Below, one piece after another: positions 26,169 through 38,836 of a stretch of 64,000 bases of DNA. How positions within the stretch are numbered: position 1 is the first letter of the stretch; each line of letters starts with the position of its first letter. The notes below the pieces were generated by a model. It made no database searches and was not told where the DNA came from. It saw nothing but the letters and a program-made list of their open reading frames with translations. The DNA is from Dicyema japonicum (taxonomy: Eukaryota; Animalia; Dicyemida). The stretch spans positions 558,001-622,000 of the forward strand of contig RDEW01000033.1 of the NCBI GenBank assembly GCA_011109175.1. Reading direction: 5' to 3'. The position numbers were made by a program, and so were the translations under genes.

Positions 26169-27564
26169 TCACTTAGTGGTGACTGAATCAACAAAATTTG
26201 GAGTCCACGGACCCAAACTCTTAGCTGCATAATAATCCATTGGATACTGACCCTTCCATTGAGTACGTCCAATCATGGCCATTCCCTACACTATACCAAA
26301 AAACCAACCTCATAAGGGGTTAGTAAGGGCTTCCCATATGCTTTCCCCCAATCAATCGACAAACGAGGACAGGCTACCTGAATCCACCTAAAATATCTAC
26401 AGGGAACAACTACGTGTCAATGGAATCCCCAAAGAGCTCTAACCTCTGCGGAGATAGTTCAGAAATCAACACCACAACAAAGAGCCTCCCAGCCTTCTTC
26501 AAACTCTCAGCCAAAAACTACAGATAACTCAAAAACACACCTCCAAGACTTTCGGTGATCCCTGCCTTCCCAGAGTGCCCAAAACCAGCCCAATCAGCTT
26601 CCCTGAGGACGCCTGATTCACGGAAAGTCTCCGAAAAGTCACCATTTCCTCATAATTGTAATACTCTCTCTTAATGTCCCTCAAATAAGGATTGTAACTT
26701 CCATCAGTCAGACAACTACTTGTACAGCTGAATATTCGGGTTTGCTATCATCAAGGCCTCACTGTGGAATCTACCATCTCCCACATAGAGGATCCCATTG
26801 AATCCGTCCAAATTTGGGGATGTGCATCCAAGCACCTCACAAGAGGATAGCGGTTTGCTCTGGGGAAGTACAATATGGTAGGTAGGAAGTTCGGTTACAA
26901 GTCTCTAACAAGTTAATAAAGAAAGCACGTGGAGGCTCTTGATGAATTGAATTGTACTCATTACGGCTAGTTTGAATTGAGGCGGAAATTTTGGCGAATT
27001 GTTTCGACGAGGTGGTCCACGTCGAAGGCAATATCCACAAAGACGTAAAGCATCCTTATGTTAGATGTCTGATCCACAGGAACTTAAAATAAACCTAAAT
27101 GGAATGGAATTACCCAAACAACTGTGACCGTAGTGAACCAACAAATCAGCTCCCAAAGCGCTGGCAGTAAAATCATCGACACAACAAGCTCCATAGATCA
27201 CATCAGCCATGATGATAACTTCTACGTGGTCCGAAAATCTAACATAAGTAAGTTTGTAACCTTTCCAAGATATCTGCAATCGTGCAAGCAAAAATAAAAA
27301 GACCCTCAGGCATTTGGAGGGCGACTTGGTGGGCTTTTAATTCTCTAATCCTCCAAAGTGTCTTCTCGATCTCAAAGTTGTAGTTTTGGGGAAGCTAGCG
27401 GATGCTAAAAAGGATAATACATATTTTATTGCTTCCTGGAGATCCTTGTTGTTGGCAATGTCAGGTGGAATACACCTTCTACCTAAATGTTACAGGAAAT
27501 TATAAAAACCTTTGTACTTTGTCACATTACCTTCTTTTTTGACAGTTACTACAATATGGTTCAT
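26169..27564 (-). CDS. DPH1: Diphthamide biosynthesis protein 1
   Basis: '[25 protein letters not shown]', '[12 protein letters not shown]...[10 protein letters not shown]', C-terminal '[16 protein letters not shown]'; short introns; needs +1 nt at 26984-26985. Confidence 0.93.
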
Positions 27565-28249
27565 TGGTATCACAACAACAACTCGTGTTATTTAAATTTA
27601 TTTAAATATTTTTTATTAAATTAAAATTGTTAATTTTTATTTATAAAATATACATTAAATATCATCATTTAATAATAATAACAAACTAACTAATCATTTA
27701 TAATTTAAAGTGATTTATATTTCTAATAACCTCCTTTACATTCCTCTACTTGGAAAACCTTATTCGTCGGGATACAACAATTCTGATATTTTCCCATCTC
27801 CTTGGATCGCTCAGTCTTTTAGAGTTCTCCTGATGGACGCTCTTTATAATATGAGATCTATTTTTGCTAATGATGATATTAATATCCCCTTAGTATCCCT
27901 ACCATAGATCAAGTCATTCATCTCTGTAGGTTCCCCTTTTGCACGCTTTATGTATTTTCTATTACTATCACTAATATCCATTCTGTTTCTCCTTACTAAT
28001 AATACCAGCCAGTCTCTTTAGTTTCCTTCTGCGAACACTGGGTTTTGTCGGTCAAAATTAAATTTTCCAGCATGTCGATAAGAATTGAAATTTAATAAAA
28101 TTCGATGAAAATTAAACAATTTTTATCGTTAATTATGATTTATTGATTATAATTTGACCAATAAATACGTAACCATCTCACAAAATTAAATAGAACGTAA
28201 GCTGCACTGCAGTCCATTCTCCAAAGTTCCATGATTACTAAGTTTAGAT

Positions 28250-28529
28250 TTGTCCCCAGTTAAAATTCCCAAAGATCAAAATATGACTCTCCTAAACTGC
28301 ATCAATCCACACAATATTGAAATTTTAAATAGGGCATTTATGGAGCTTCCGAATCCCAGCAGAGAGTTTATAACCGCCGTGGCCAACCGTTTGAACATTG
28401 ACAGAGGGTTAGTCTGGATGTTCTTCCAATATTCCAGACGATCGGCCACGTGGTTGATTTATCAAATTTAATTTTTTCAGGCAAAACAGGAATGACTATG
28501 ATGAATCTCCCACTCGAAAGGATCCATAA
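28250..28529 (+). CDS. Divergent homeodomain protein (5' end uncertain)
   Basis: 'INPHNIEILNRAFMELPNPSREFITAVANRLNIDRGLVWMFFQYSRR' fits homeodomain spacing (L16, F20, P26, L38, V45, F49, Q50, R53). Confidence 0.7.
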
Positions 28530-30399
28530 TCAAACTGAGAGAAATTTAACTTTCTGATTAATAAACTTGATTTTTCTTATTTAGTGATAAATACAGGCAT
28601 TGCAACTTTAATTGGTTATTATTCACTGCCTCATAACCGCAGGATCACATCGATTGGCATTGATAACCGATATTTCTTGATTTTTCCAGCAAAACTAATC
28701 CATAAACACTAAATCGTTAATGTCCGTTTAATTGGTCTGAAATTTTATACGACAATTAAATTCAACGAATTTTTTATTTCTTACGTTTCCTTAATATTTT
28801 TCACCCTTTTATGGGATCCCTGACTGGACGTTTTCTCTCCTTTCTGGATTGATTTGTGTGTGATTCAGGGGGTTAGCAACTAATTAAGTGTATAAACTTC
28901 TCAATGTTTAGAACTAGAGAAGTCCCTCCAAGTATCACTTCAGTCCCCCTTACCGAGACCAATCGCTTCCTTGTCTTATATATATTCCCTAGTTAAGGAG
29001 ATATAGTAACTAAGCCGTAAAGAAACTGCATTCTCTTTGAACTCGACGGAATCCAATAATTTAACGGACCCCCTATCTGTCTGCCCTGTCAAAGTGGTCA
29101 CTCATAATGTGAAGTTTTAATGATTTTATACCACTCTTCTATAATTAAAGTTTTGGAGACGAATTTCTTTAATAACGATGTTTTCAGTCCACCTCCCAAA
29201 CTCTAAATACACAAATTCTAGAATTTTCCATTTTCTCTTCCTCTAGTGTGATTACTAATATAAATAGAACGGATGACGTTTTTTTTCGCACTTATAGCCG
29301 CATGACGGATTTAATCTCATATCCCCAACTTAGTTGGTAGATGGTTGAGACGGTGACGTACTTGTATTGCACGGCTGTCTAGATATAACCTTTCGTCCTC
29401 CTTTTCGTGTTGATGGACGAAATGAAGGACCCAGAAGACACGAAGTTTGGAGACGATAAACCGTCAAATGCACTTTGCTTTTGGTTCGAATCTTCTCTGA
29501 CACAAAAATTAAGGGAAGATGTCAAGTCCATCTTAACGAGGAACAGGGGACATAGATTATCGATTGTCGATAGTTTAACGTCACGGAAAATCTCACGAAA
29601 CCTCAGATTCGACTGTGATAACAGCAAGTAATTCAGAGATTTTTATTTCCTTCAAACATTATGAAAAACAGAACCTCAAAAGTAGTTTGACTTTGTCAAA
29701 TTTTCTCTTCCAGTCTTATTCTTTAACACATTGTGATTCGAGTTCTCAGCCAACCATTCAACTTCTCTCATGAGCCTCGTTTTCAACATTTTCTTGACTT
29801 AAGGGGCCGATCACGTGTATAAGCTTATTCTGTTGTTGAAATTTGATATTTGAGAATCGATTTCATGTGGTCTTTAATGTTGCCTCGTTACCAATAATCT
29901 ATTATTTACTTCATTTCAGGAATATAGTTTTCGACCCCTTTCATCAAGAGACTCAATTCAAGACCCTCAAATTTATTTGAAGTCGAAGATTCAATGTTTA
30001 GTCATTTGCTGAATCTCTACCTCAAATGAATCCCCAATAACTTAAGCTGAGTAATTATTGAGGACATCCGAGAATTAATAATTCATAGCTCCTCCTCAAG
30101 GCAGACTTACCCTAGTTCCTCCAAATTCCAGACGGGACTCAAATCCAGACTTTGGTGGATCCGATGATTTCGAATTTCAAACCTTTAATTTCCAATGTCC
30201 CTTGGATACATTAAGCGACAAGCGGTTATATACACCTCCAAGAGATGAAGACTGGATCGCATCACTGATAACTCCAAGCCTGAGTTAAATTAATCTTAAT
30301 TTAAAAATCGATATTAATTTCGTAAAATTCAACAACGCCGAAAATACATAAAAAACAAATTTTTATAATCCGTAATCCAATGTCGTCATGGATAAATCA

Positions 30400-30730
30400 C
30401 GTGAATTCTCATGCGTTTATGTTTGTTGTGGGAGTGTGTATTAGTGTTGGAGATCTATACCGAAGATTCAGGAGACATTTTCTACAAGATTTCTGGGTTC
30501 TACGACAATAATCCCTATTCCGTTTAGTCGGTGATCTCAATGCGAAGAATATCAGTTATAGATGTTTCAAGACGAATCGGGATGGACGACGTTGTTTGAA
30601 ATTTCAGGTTTCGAAGTCTTAAAGTCGGTGTGGTTTTTACTCATTTCATCCCCCTTCTTCCTTATGGGAACGTATCGTGGACTGTGTTAAATACTAGAAG
30701 TGACCATGCCCCATGAGCTCGTCTCTATAA
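30400..30730 (+). mobile_element. Decayed APE endonuclease remnant of a LINE
   Basis: 'LVGDLNAKN', 'NRDGRR', 'SDHAP'. Confidence 0.55.
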
Positions 30731-31450
30731 GTATTCATGAAAATGAGAATGGCATCACACAAAAGTCCAATAATAATGATAGTTGCACTAATAGGCTGTG
30801 GACAATCAATCGCAAGGCTGAGCTAGTGACGTAGCTCGCTATGACGATTTTCATTGCACTTCATGTCTCAAGGTGGATATGATCTCTCATCCCTTAATTT
30901 ATTTACTCAGGAAACCTTGGAAACCCCGTGTTTTGAAATAAGGAAGCATCGGATGCACCAGTGTCAGTTCGAATCTCTTCTGGACCGAAATTGAGGAACT
31001 TGGACCCAATAAAGTCGTCCATTCGGTTACTCGACATAAAAGGTAATCGTTGAGTACACATCATCAATTAATACAACTTCTTATTCAGGGATCACTCCTA
31101 CTTGTCTTAGAACTTCAATTTGATACTAAAAATATCATTTACACTTCATTTTAAATTACTACTTTTCCAACGCTTCTAAGTCGGGGATCAATCCTTTGTG
31201 GTCTTAAATTTCATTTTTGGCGTCAAAAGTGTCTGTTGTACATTTATTTAACCATAGTCCTTTAAGTAACAGAAGCCAAGGCTAACGGGAAGGTAACAGC
31301 GAAAGTGGAAGCTCTCGGAGATCAGTCTGATGAATCTCTAAGAATTCTTCCGATTTAAAAGATTATCAACAATATCGTATCCATAAGAGAGGGATAAGCA
31401 AAATACGATCCCTCTTCCTCTTCACAAAAAAACGATCAAATACAGTTCAC

Positions 31451-31624
31451 CAGGGTTAGTGACTTTTTTTGGTAGGCCACCATTCTGAGTTTAGTATAGA
31501 GGTGGGGAATGTCGAACGGTTCTTTTCCATGCATAACTTGCACTGAGCGCCACCAAAAAAGTGAACCGCATGACCCCACGCTAAACAATTGAAAGGTATC
31601 ACAGCTCAGCAGGGTTAGTGACTT
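31451..31624. repeat. 15-bp direct repeat (CAGGGTTAGTGACTT) bracketing a 144-bp self-complementary segment
   Basis: Exact repeats at 31451-31465 and 31610-31624; nested inverted blocks between them. Confidence 0.85.
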
Positions 31625-31762
31625 GATGAATATTACAAAATAACAAAATAAGAAAAAACATATAAAAATGTTATTATAAAAAATAAAACTTTCTATAATA
31701 AAAAATAATAATTGAAATATAAAATTAAAAAAAAATTATTTAAATTTGGAAATAGTCTTGTA

Positions 31763-32865
31763 ATGGAATCTCGTGGATATGGAAAAGTTGTCCTAACCCT
31801 TAACCACGTGTCATTATCATCAGAAATGACATCTAACCCCCTTCCCTCCAACATGGACTAACCCTTGATGAAGAAAAGTCCTTACGATGGTTGGGATGTG
31901 AGCTGATCCAAAAGTGTTGTATTCTCCTTAAACTCCCCACGGTAACCGTTGTAGTCATTCCAGTCCGCAGCGGCCACAGCTCAGTCGTTGTTTCACCGTT
32001 ATTTTTACCGGAAATCCTTCATTTCCAAGGTTCCATGGAAAAATGTTGCACTAGCCAGCGTGATTCTCGCATCTAGAATAGAGGAGGAGCCACGCCGTTT
32101 CAGGGACATAATAAACGTGGAAAATGCTCTCCGTCAGTTCGAAGATAACCAGTATGTCTCTGAATTATCCAGGGATTTGAAACCGATCATTTTAGACAAA
32201 TACTACGTCTCGTTTAAACAGGAACTGATAGAAACCGAAAGGAAGATCTTGAAAGAGCTGGGATTCGCTGTGTTCTCCCAATTTCCTCATAAAGTCGCAG
32301 GAATAGCTGATCTAGATTATAATATTGTACCTGCAGACTCTCATGCTGGTCGAAAACGCAGAAATTGTGCAGTCCTCGTGGAATTTCATGAATGACTGTC
32401 AAAGAACGGATATTCTGGTGAGATTTAGTCCTGAGGAGGTGGCCATGGCATGTATAGAGCTGGCCTCTAAACAGTTTAATGTACCGCGTGTGTTTATGGT
32501 AGTACGAACTTCCCGGAATGTCTTTCTTTAAGATAATCCGTGTTGATCCGGCAAACGTTGAGAAGGTTGCGGCTGAGATTGTGATGATGTACAACACGGA
32601 GGTCCCTGATCGGAGATATTTGATCCTCAAAGTGGCTCAACTGAGGGACAAGATGATGACTGAGTCGAAGGAGGTCGAATTCGTGAAGGAAGTGCCCAGC
32701 GGACGAGTGTCTGTTAGTGCTGAGGATTCGAGAAGACATTCTGGAAGAAGGTCCGTGGAAAAACCACATGTGAGGAATAAACACAAGGAGAATGAACGGA
32801 GAGACCGACGCGATAGAAGAGACTCAGAACGGAGGGACAATTGGAGGAATGAACGTAGAAGGTGA
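31763..32865 (+). CDS. CCNL1: Cyclin L (RS-type C-terminus)
   Basis: 'YGKVVLTLNH', 'LRWLGCELIQKCCILLKLP', 'LFHRYFYRKSF', 'LASRIEEEPRRFRDIINV', 'ERKILKELGF', 'WNFMNDCQRTD', R/D/S-rich tail; 22-nt intron 31942-31963; needs +1 nt near 31848. Confidence 0.92.
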
Positions 32866-33304
32866 CTAATATTATTTGATGTATATTATAAATTTAAATT
32901 TCTTATCTCGATTTGTGATGGTTGCATATTTCTGAGGCGATTTTGATTTGTTTAGGATGATGTTATCTATCTGGGAGGTCATGGGCTCGGTTGTCCACTG
33001 TCTATTTGGTTGAAGATAACTCTTATTTCTTTGTTTGTGAGGTGGATTTGGGTGGCTTTTGTGGTGGTGATGAAAAGGATTATTTACCCTCCCCTACTCT
33101 ACTGGTTCATTTCTTTGAAGAATTTCTACACCTATTGAGGCTGAATTGCTCTCGTTGTTGAAATCATTGTCTACTTGTTAGAAGCCTTTATTTTACTATA
33201 CTTTGTTGCCTTCTCTAAGTTTTCATCAACGCATAAATTACTTCTTGCAAGTTCCCATGACTGACTTATGAGTGACCATGGAAGGACTTGTCGACGTAGA
33301 ACTA

Positions 33305-33763
33305 TACCATTTCAGGTTTAAAGTGGGTCTTACAAAAGCAAAGTGGTACTTACCAAAATCAAAGTGGGTCTTACCAAAATCAAAGTGGTACTTATTAAAT
33401 CAAAGTGAACAAAAATTATTTTTGTTATAGGATGAGATTAATTGAAATTGCTAAAGTTTCGAGATCAACATGCAAAAGTGTCGAGATCATTGCAAAAGTG
33501 ACGAAGCAAACATGCAAAGTGTCGAGATCAATTGCTAAAGTGACTAAGCAAAATCTATATATTTGGATGTCTGCGCAAATATTTCATTTTTTATTCATAT
33601 GCTTGCGCAAATAAAAAGTCTGAAGCTGCAATTAAGAAAAAATCTTATTATCGGGGCTTATGAGGGAGATGGTGACTGGAGGGAACTTGCAAAATCTCTC
33701 GATGTTCCGAAAACTAAGTACCACTTTGCTTTTGGTAAGACCCACTTTAAACCTGAAATGGTA
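33305..33763 (+). mobile_element. Tc1/IS630-like MITE with ~50-bp TIRs
   Basis: TIR TACCATTTCAGGTTTAAAGTGGGTCTTAC..AAAGCAAAGTGGTACTTA at both ends, flanked by TA; subterminal and internal tandem repeats; HTH remnant 'IIGAYEGDGDWRELAKSLDVPKT'. Confidence 0.85.
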
Positions 33764-35865
33764 TAGATAATTGGTATTAATTTCTCGATAAATCCGTTAA
33801 TAAAATAAACAAAGATGTGACTTTCCTGTCCTCATTACGGATTTATCGACTTAGTCGTAGTCGCCTATAACGTCTGTGGAGTAAACTAAGTACTGCAGAT
33901 GCGTCAAGATACGATGAGTAAGGATAAAATGAGTGGGCAATTATCGAAGTGGTCGCTTATTTGGATATTAAGTGTGATTTCTTGGTAGATATCTAGCCTT
34001 TAATAGAGACCTACTCCATTTGGCCTCAATATGGACGACACATATCGGAGGGAATCGAGTTAAAAAGTAGAGTCATACAAGATCAATTTTCAGTCATCTG
34101 CTGTTCAACATTTTCATAGCAAAACTTTCCTATGCCAAGTCTCCAAGCACGAGAATATTAATTTACTCAGTAGACGCGTGTATTCAAAGTCAATAGCAAT
34201 ATCTGAAAGAAGACTGCAGTATAGCTTTCCTCTTGTCTTTTCAATAAGTGCTAATACCAACTCTGATCTGTGGACCTTTAGGTCTTCCATTTTGCAGTGC
34301 TGGGAAATAAGTCCAGTTTTGCTGGGTTATTGAAGAATGAAATCCAAAATATACGGATTACACACTGTTTTCTTCATCGCTATGTATTAACTGTTTAAAC
34401 TTGGAGTTCAGTAGTGAAAAATGTATCCACGATTATCTCAAACGACTTATATGAACTTATTCCATTTGCCAACGACATACTTGTATGAATCAGGATTCAG
34501 CTCTCTTTTGGTAATTAAAAATACAGAAATCGTTAAATAATAATATAAATTGAAAATGTTCTTGGGTGCGAGAGTTTTTGAAAAAAGATTTAGGGATGCG
34601 AGCTCTAAAATGGCTGGGAACCCCTGGTCTAAGGAGAGCTCTTTCCTTGAAGAACTCTTTGATACACTCTCTATCCGAGAAACACTAAGGATTGTAAAAT
34701 TGATTTGATGGTGTTAAGGATGTCCCAGTGCTGAGGATCCTTGATTCACATATGGTGTTCTTCTTGCTGAAAACTGTCATCCATACCAAAGTCACTCTTC
34801 GTCCTGGGATGCTCGTCAACCTTCAGAAGCAGTGACATCTTAAACACCACGATTTAACTCTAGAATCCTTAGTGAAGGAGTCCCTAATGTTTGCTGACGA
34901 TCTAGGCTGAAGACAGTGCAAAACTCCCGACCTTCAAGGGTGGTCTCGGCCTCAGTCAGTTTAAGGTTTTAGAACTAGTCACGTGGCTTCCATATATCGG
35001 CTTTATTACGGATAGAGTCGTATTGGTGAATGATAAGAATTGCTGATGAAAAGATTTTCGTGTATTATTCTCAAACTTGGGATGCTGGAAGAGTTACCTG
35101 GCAGAACGAATGATCATCTTTCCGTTTGCGGCTGGGAAACTCATAGTATGGGATGTCGAACACTTTCGCTTCGAACAACCTCTTTCAGAGTGTTGCCAAC
35201 ACCAGTTGAGCTGCTAGGAAATGCAAAAAAATATTAAAGTGCTGGAAGTATAATAATATCCTTGGTGACGTTTAGTTCCTCTTATTATGAAATCTTTTGG
35301 AACTCTTGGACACTCATCCTAATATTTCTTCAAAAAACTCGTAAACATAATTTTAGCCCGTTCGGGAAAACCTTCGCAAAAGCAAATCAGAAAAAGAGCT
35401 ATGAAGCAAGACTGAATTTTTTTGTTCGAAATTAATGATTCTTTTTTCCAAGGTGAATTGGCTTGGTTTCACCAAAGTATGTTGAGAATCGGTTTTTTTC
35501 TGTCGAAAAATAGCGAAAGTGTTGACTTAAACAATCTTGAAGTCAATATACTTCTCATCCTTTGATGTTTTACAAGAGCTCCAATCAAAAGCTACCGTTG
35601 TGTTTTCTTGACCCTATCGCTTTGACAATCGAATACACATGTTCAGTTGAAGGTGTGCCTTGCACCTTTTTTCTTTCTAATTGTCACTATATTCTTTCAT
35701 GTTAGCTATTTGTGCGAATTTCTATATGGATTGATCCAACACTCGAATTCCATCCCCGTCTGTCAATCTGTCCTAAGTTACTATTGAAAAAAATGTTCCC
35801 TCTTTCAGAATCAATCTGGAAATTTCCAAGTGTGAACAAATTCGGACTGAGGACCAATCACAAAG

Positions 35866-36420
35866 ACAAGGAGTCGGCAACCTTTTAAGCCAAAAAGCCA
35901 ATTTTTTGATTTGATCAAATTCATACGGTGTATTTTTAATTTGATTTAAAATCTCTGTTTTATTCGTAAAATTTTGGAATAGTTGTTGCGACAATTTAAA
36001 AAATAGGATTTTTATGCATTCATCATCTGTGAATTAATTTCCCATTTTCGCAATCTCATGACTGACGATGAAGCTTCCAATATTAGTAGTCTGGCAGACT
36101 GCTTCCAATAATTAAATGTGAATTTCAATTTTAATATTTTTTGGAGTTTTCCACTGGCTAGTTTTTGTGCTTCGCAATTGGATATTTTCTTGAAAAATAT
36201 CACCATGCTTTGAATTTAAGTGGCTTTCCAGATTTGACATTTTGTTATGGTTGAATGTTTCGTGGCAAAGGTGACATTTTGGAAGGTGATCTGATATGAT
36301 GGCACAAGTCCCAGTCCATTGTGGTTGAAAAAGACGTTTTCTATCCATTTTAACTTATTTTCTTATTTATAGACATAATTGAAGAGCCACTAACATAATT
36401 ATGATTAAGACGCCACTCTA
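35866..36420 (-). mobile_element. hAT (Buster-type) internally deleted copy
   Basis: End CAAGGAGTCGGCAACC; 'RKRLFQPQW...PKCHLCHETF...NLESHLNSKH' homologous to 23520-23660. Confidence 0.7.
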
Positions 36421-36547
36421 ATAAAAAGAGACCACTCGGCGGGGATATTACAGATCGAATTAAAAATATTAAGAATATTTAAAAACCATTGGAATTTACA
36501 AATATTATTAATTGAGAAAAAAATGTCTATAAAATTAATTAATCTAC

Positions 36548-36770
36548 GTGCAGTTTATTCAACCGTCTCTAACTTGGGAGTGTACTGCATGGGGAACCAA
36601 ACTATCAAACGCGAATATGGAAAAAATCAATACATTCCAAAAAATGGTTAGTAAGACTCTACAAAGGCTTTCCCAGACACCTCTAAACTCTACACAACTT
36701 GAGGAATTAGTGAGGAAAAGCGAAGCCTTTAGAAACCCCAAATCAAGGTTAAATAATCCAAAATAAGCCA
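36548..36770 (+). mobile_element. Old LINE RT C-terminal fragment (family B-like)
   Basis: 'FIQPSLTWECTAWGTKLSNANMEKINTFQK'. Confidence 0.55.
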
Positions 36771-37260
36771 TTTTCTACAATAATGCTTAAAGTTCGTGAT
36801 TATGGCTGCATACATGGTTGAAGATGTGCAGTTGTGTTTTTTGGAAGGAATGGAATTTCAATTTTCAAAAAATTTCGTTAAAACGTGGAGCGTCATCAAT
36901 CAGTAAAAAGAACTTTTTTCTGTAGCTTTTAATTCATCACTATGATGACTGATGAAAACATTAAAAATTCTGTTGTCATTCAAAGCCTTTTATTTACATA
37001 GTACAATAATTTTCAAAGCCAAAATCTTTTTAAAATCTTGGTCTTTTATGATGGCCGATAAAAAGGATTAATTTTTATTGTTCCAGTTTCATTAGCACAG
37101 AGCTATAGTGATCCTCACTTTTGATTGCTTTATGCCATTTCTATCTTTATAATTGTTGTATAAGGGTAAGATTGAAAAAGACTCTAGTTTCATCCATTTT
37201 TACCAATACGTCATGGTCAACTTCTTTTAACTGATCATATTTGTCTATTCAAATTAATTT
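36771..37260 (-). mobile_element. pogo/Tigger remnant
   Basis: Reverse-complement homology to 24760-24885 ('PKNTTAHLQP'). Confidence 0.7.
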
Positions 37261-37280
37261 CATATTGTGTTAAGCTGTTA

Positions 37281-37511
37281 AGGTTTGACGCAGAAAGGGT
37301 TTGACGAGTGACGCCGTCATCAATGAATACTCACTGCGGAACTGGATTGTCTAGAAAGGACACTCACACAAGAAAAAGAAAAAAAGAAGTGAAGATCATT
37401 CCTTGGTTCTACTATTAGTTAAAATTAACTGTTCTTTACTTAAATAAAGTGTATGTCCTGCCTATGCGGAGCTATAAATACTATGGCTCTCGTGAAAAGG
37501 CTTTATTATTA
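37281..37511 (+). mobile_element. 5'-truncated copy of the tRNA-derived SINE
   Basis: High identity to the reverse complement of 49553-49770; (TTA)n tail; 11-bp TSD TTAAGCTGTTA (37270-37280, 37512-37522). Confidence 0.9.
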
Positions 37512-37849
37512 TTAAGCTGTTAGCTCCTAGAACTTTTAGTATAAGATTAAATCTTCCTTTAAATCTGTGTAGCCTTTACTAACTTAAAAAGCATTGATTC
37601 CAAGCTTTTCACAAAATACTTTGGTTTATGAAATGATATCTTAGTAATAAAACCATTAAGTTCATCATTCAACAAGTGAACTATCAAGTTGATGTTTACC
37701 ACTTGGCTCTTGACTTGTTAATCGTAGTTTCACAGTTTTCCAACTTTCACGGTTTTTTAGAATTTCTGAAAGTGTAGAAATTCCCAAATAAGGGTTCATT
37801 TTTATTTCACAGATATGGGATAATTCTGAGAGTCATATTTGATGTATTT

Positions 37850-38118
37850 TATTTATTTATTTAACACCCAAGACCACGGTAAAACCAAAACTAACTATCA
37901 CGTGATCCCGATGCGCTCCGCCAAAATCCTAATTCTTTTCCGGTGCTCCTCCCTCGTACCCACACAAGCTCGTACAGGGCGGCTCACTGTATTTGCAGGG
38001 CCACCTTCCCGCATGACGGAGTTTTGTTTAATGAGGGCCTCCAGAGTAGTCGATCCGGTTCTATGTCTCCCACAAGACCACCGCTCCGTCATTCTGAAAG
38101 CCTTCTTTGAACGTCCTC
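37850..38118 (-). mobile_element. LINE family B 3' fragment
   Basis: Match to 20400-20665; native C-terminus 'EEHRKRIRILAERIGIT*'. Confidence 0.9.
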
Positions 38119-38836
38119 AATCACAAATATTACTTTTTTCTAACAATTAGGTACTGTTAGATTTTAAATTCGTCTGAATGTGTGATAAAAACAAAATAAA
38201 TTAATCCTAAATTTCTAATAAATGTCCTTTGGATTGCGGATTATGAAGTTTCGGGTTATTGAAGCCGGTTTGTAAGGAAACTGTAAAATTTTGCTAACTC
38301 ACCAAAAAATTCGGATTATTGAAGTTGGGATTAATGAGGGTTTACTGAAAATTAGCGTGCTGAAATGCGTCATGTACAATTTCATGAGAAACCTTAGAAA
38401 AAATACAAAAATTAAAAGAAATGAAAGATGAGTTAAACATCTCAAGACGAGAAATAGATCGTTTAGTGAAAATAGTTAAAAAAAAATGACCTAGACATCA
38501 CATTCATCCCGCTCACTATGAGAAACTTATTGGAGCGCACAGCAATCGTGGTAGGCATTTGGAGGTAGTCAACCTCCTCGTTAGTAATAGTAGAGTTAAC
38601 TAACAAGTCTGCTGAATCAATTCTTTTAAATAATAATAAGCATAAATCTCCATGAATATCGAACAACGCGTACTCTCTTATTAAACATTCATAGTTTAGG
38701 GGTCAGGTGGTAATCGTACCATCCTTATTTTCCTTGTTGGGAAAGACTGGTCATAAACAATAATAAAAAATCCCACAAAAACAAAGCAAGTCAGCTAATT
38801 GAATAAATAAAATTTATTAAAATTGAACAATAAGAA

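Noticed and set aside
31597-31610. miR-2-like sequence TATCACAGCTCAGC
   Set aside because: No complementary star arm, so no precursor hairpin; treated as coincidence.
31790-31865. Telomere-like CTAACCC words
   Set aside because: Scattered, not tandem, and explained by cyclin L codons (LTL, SNP).
33340-33545. CRISPR-like repeat array
   Set aside because: These are subterminal and internal tandem repeats of a MITE with no unique spacers, in a eukaryotic context without cas genes.
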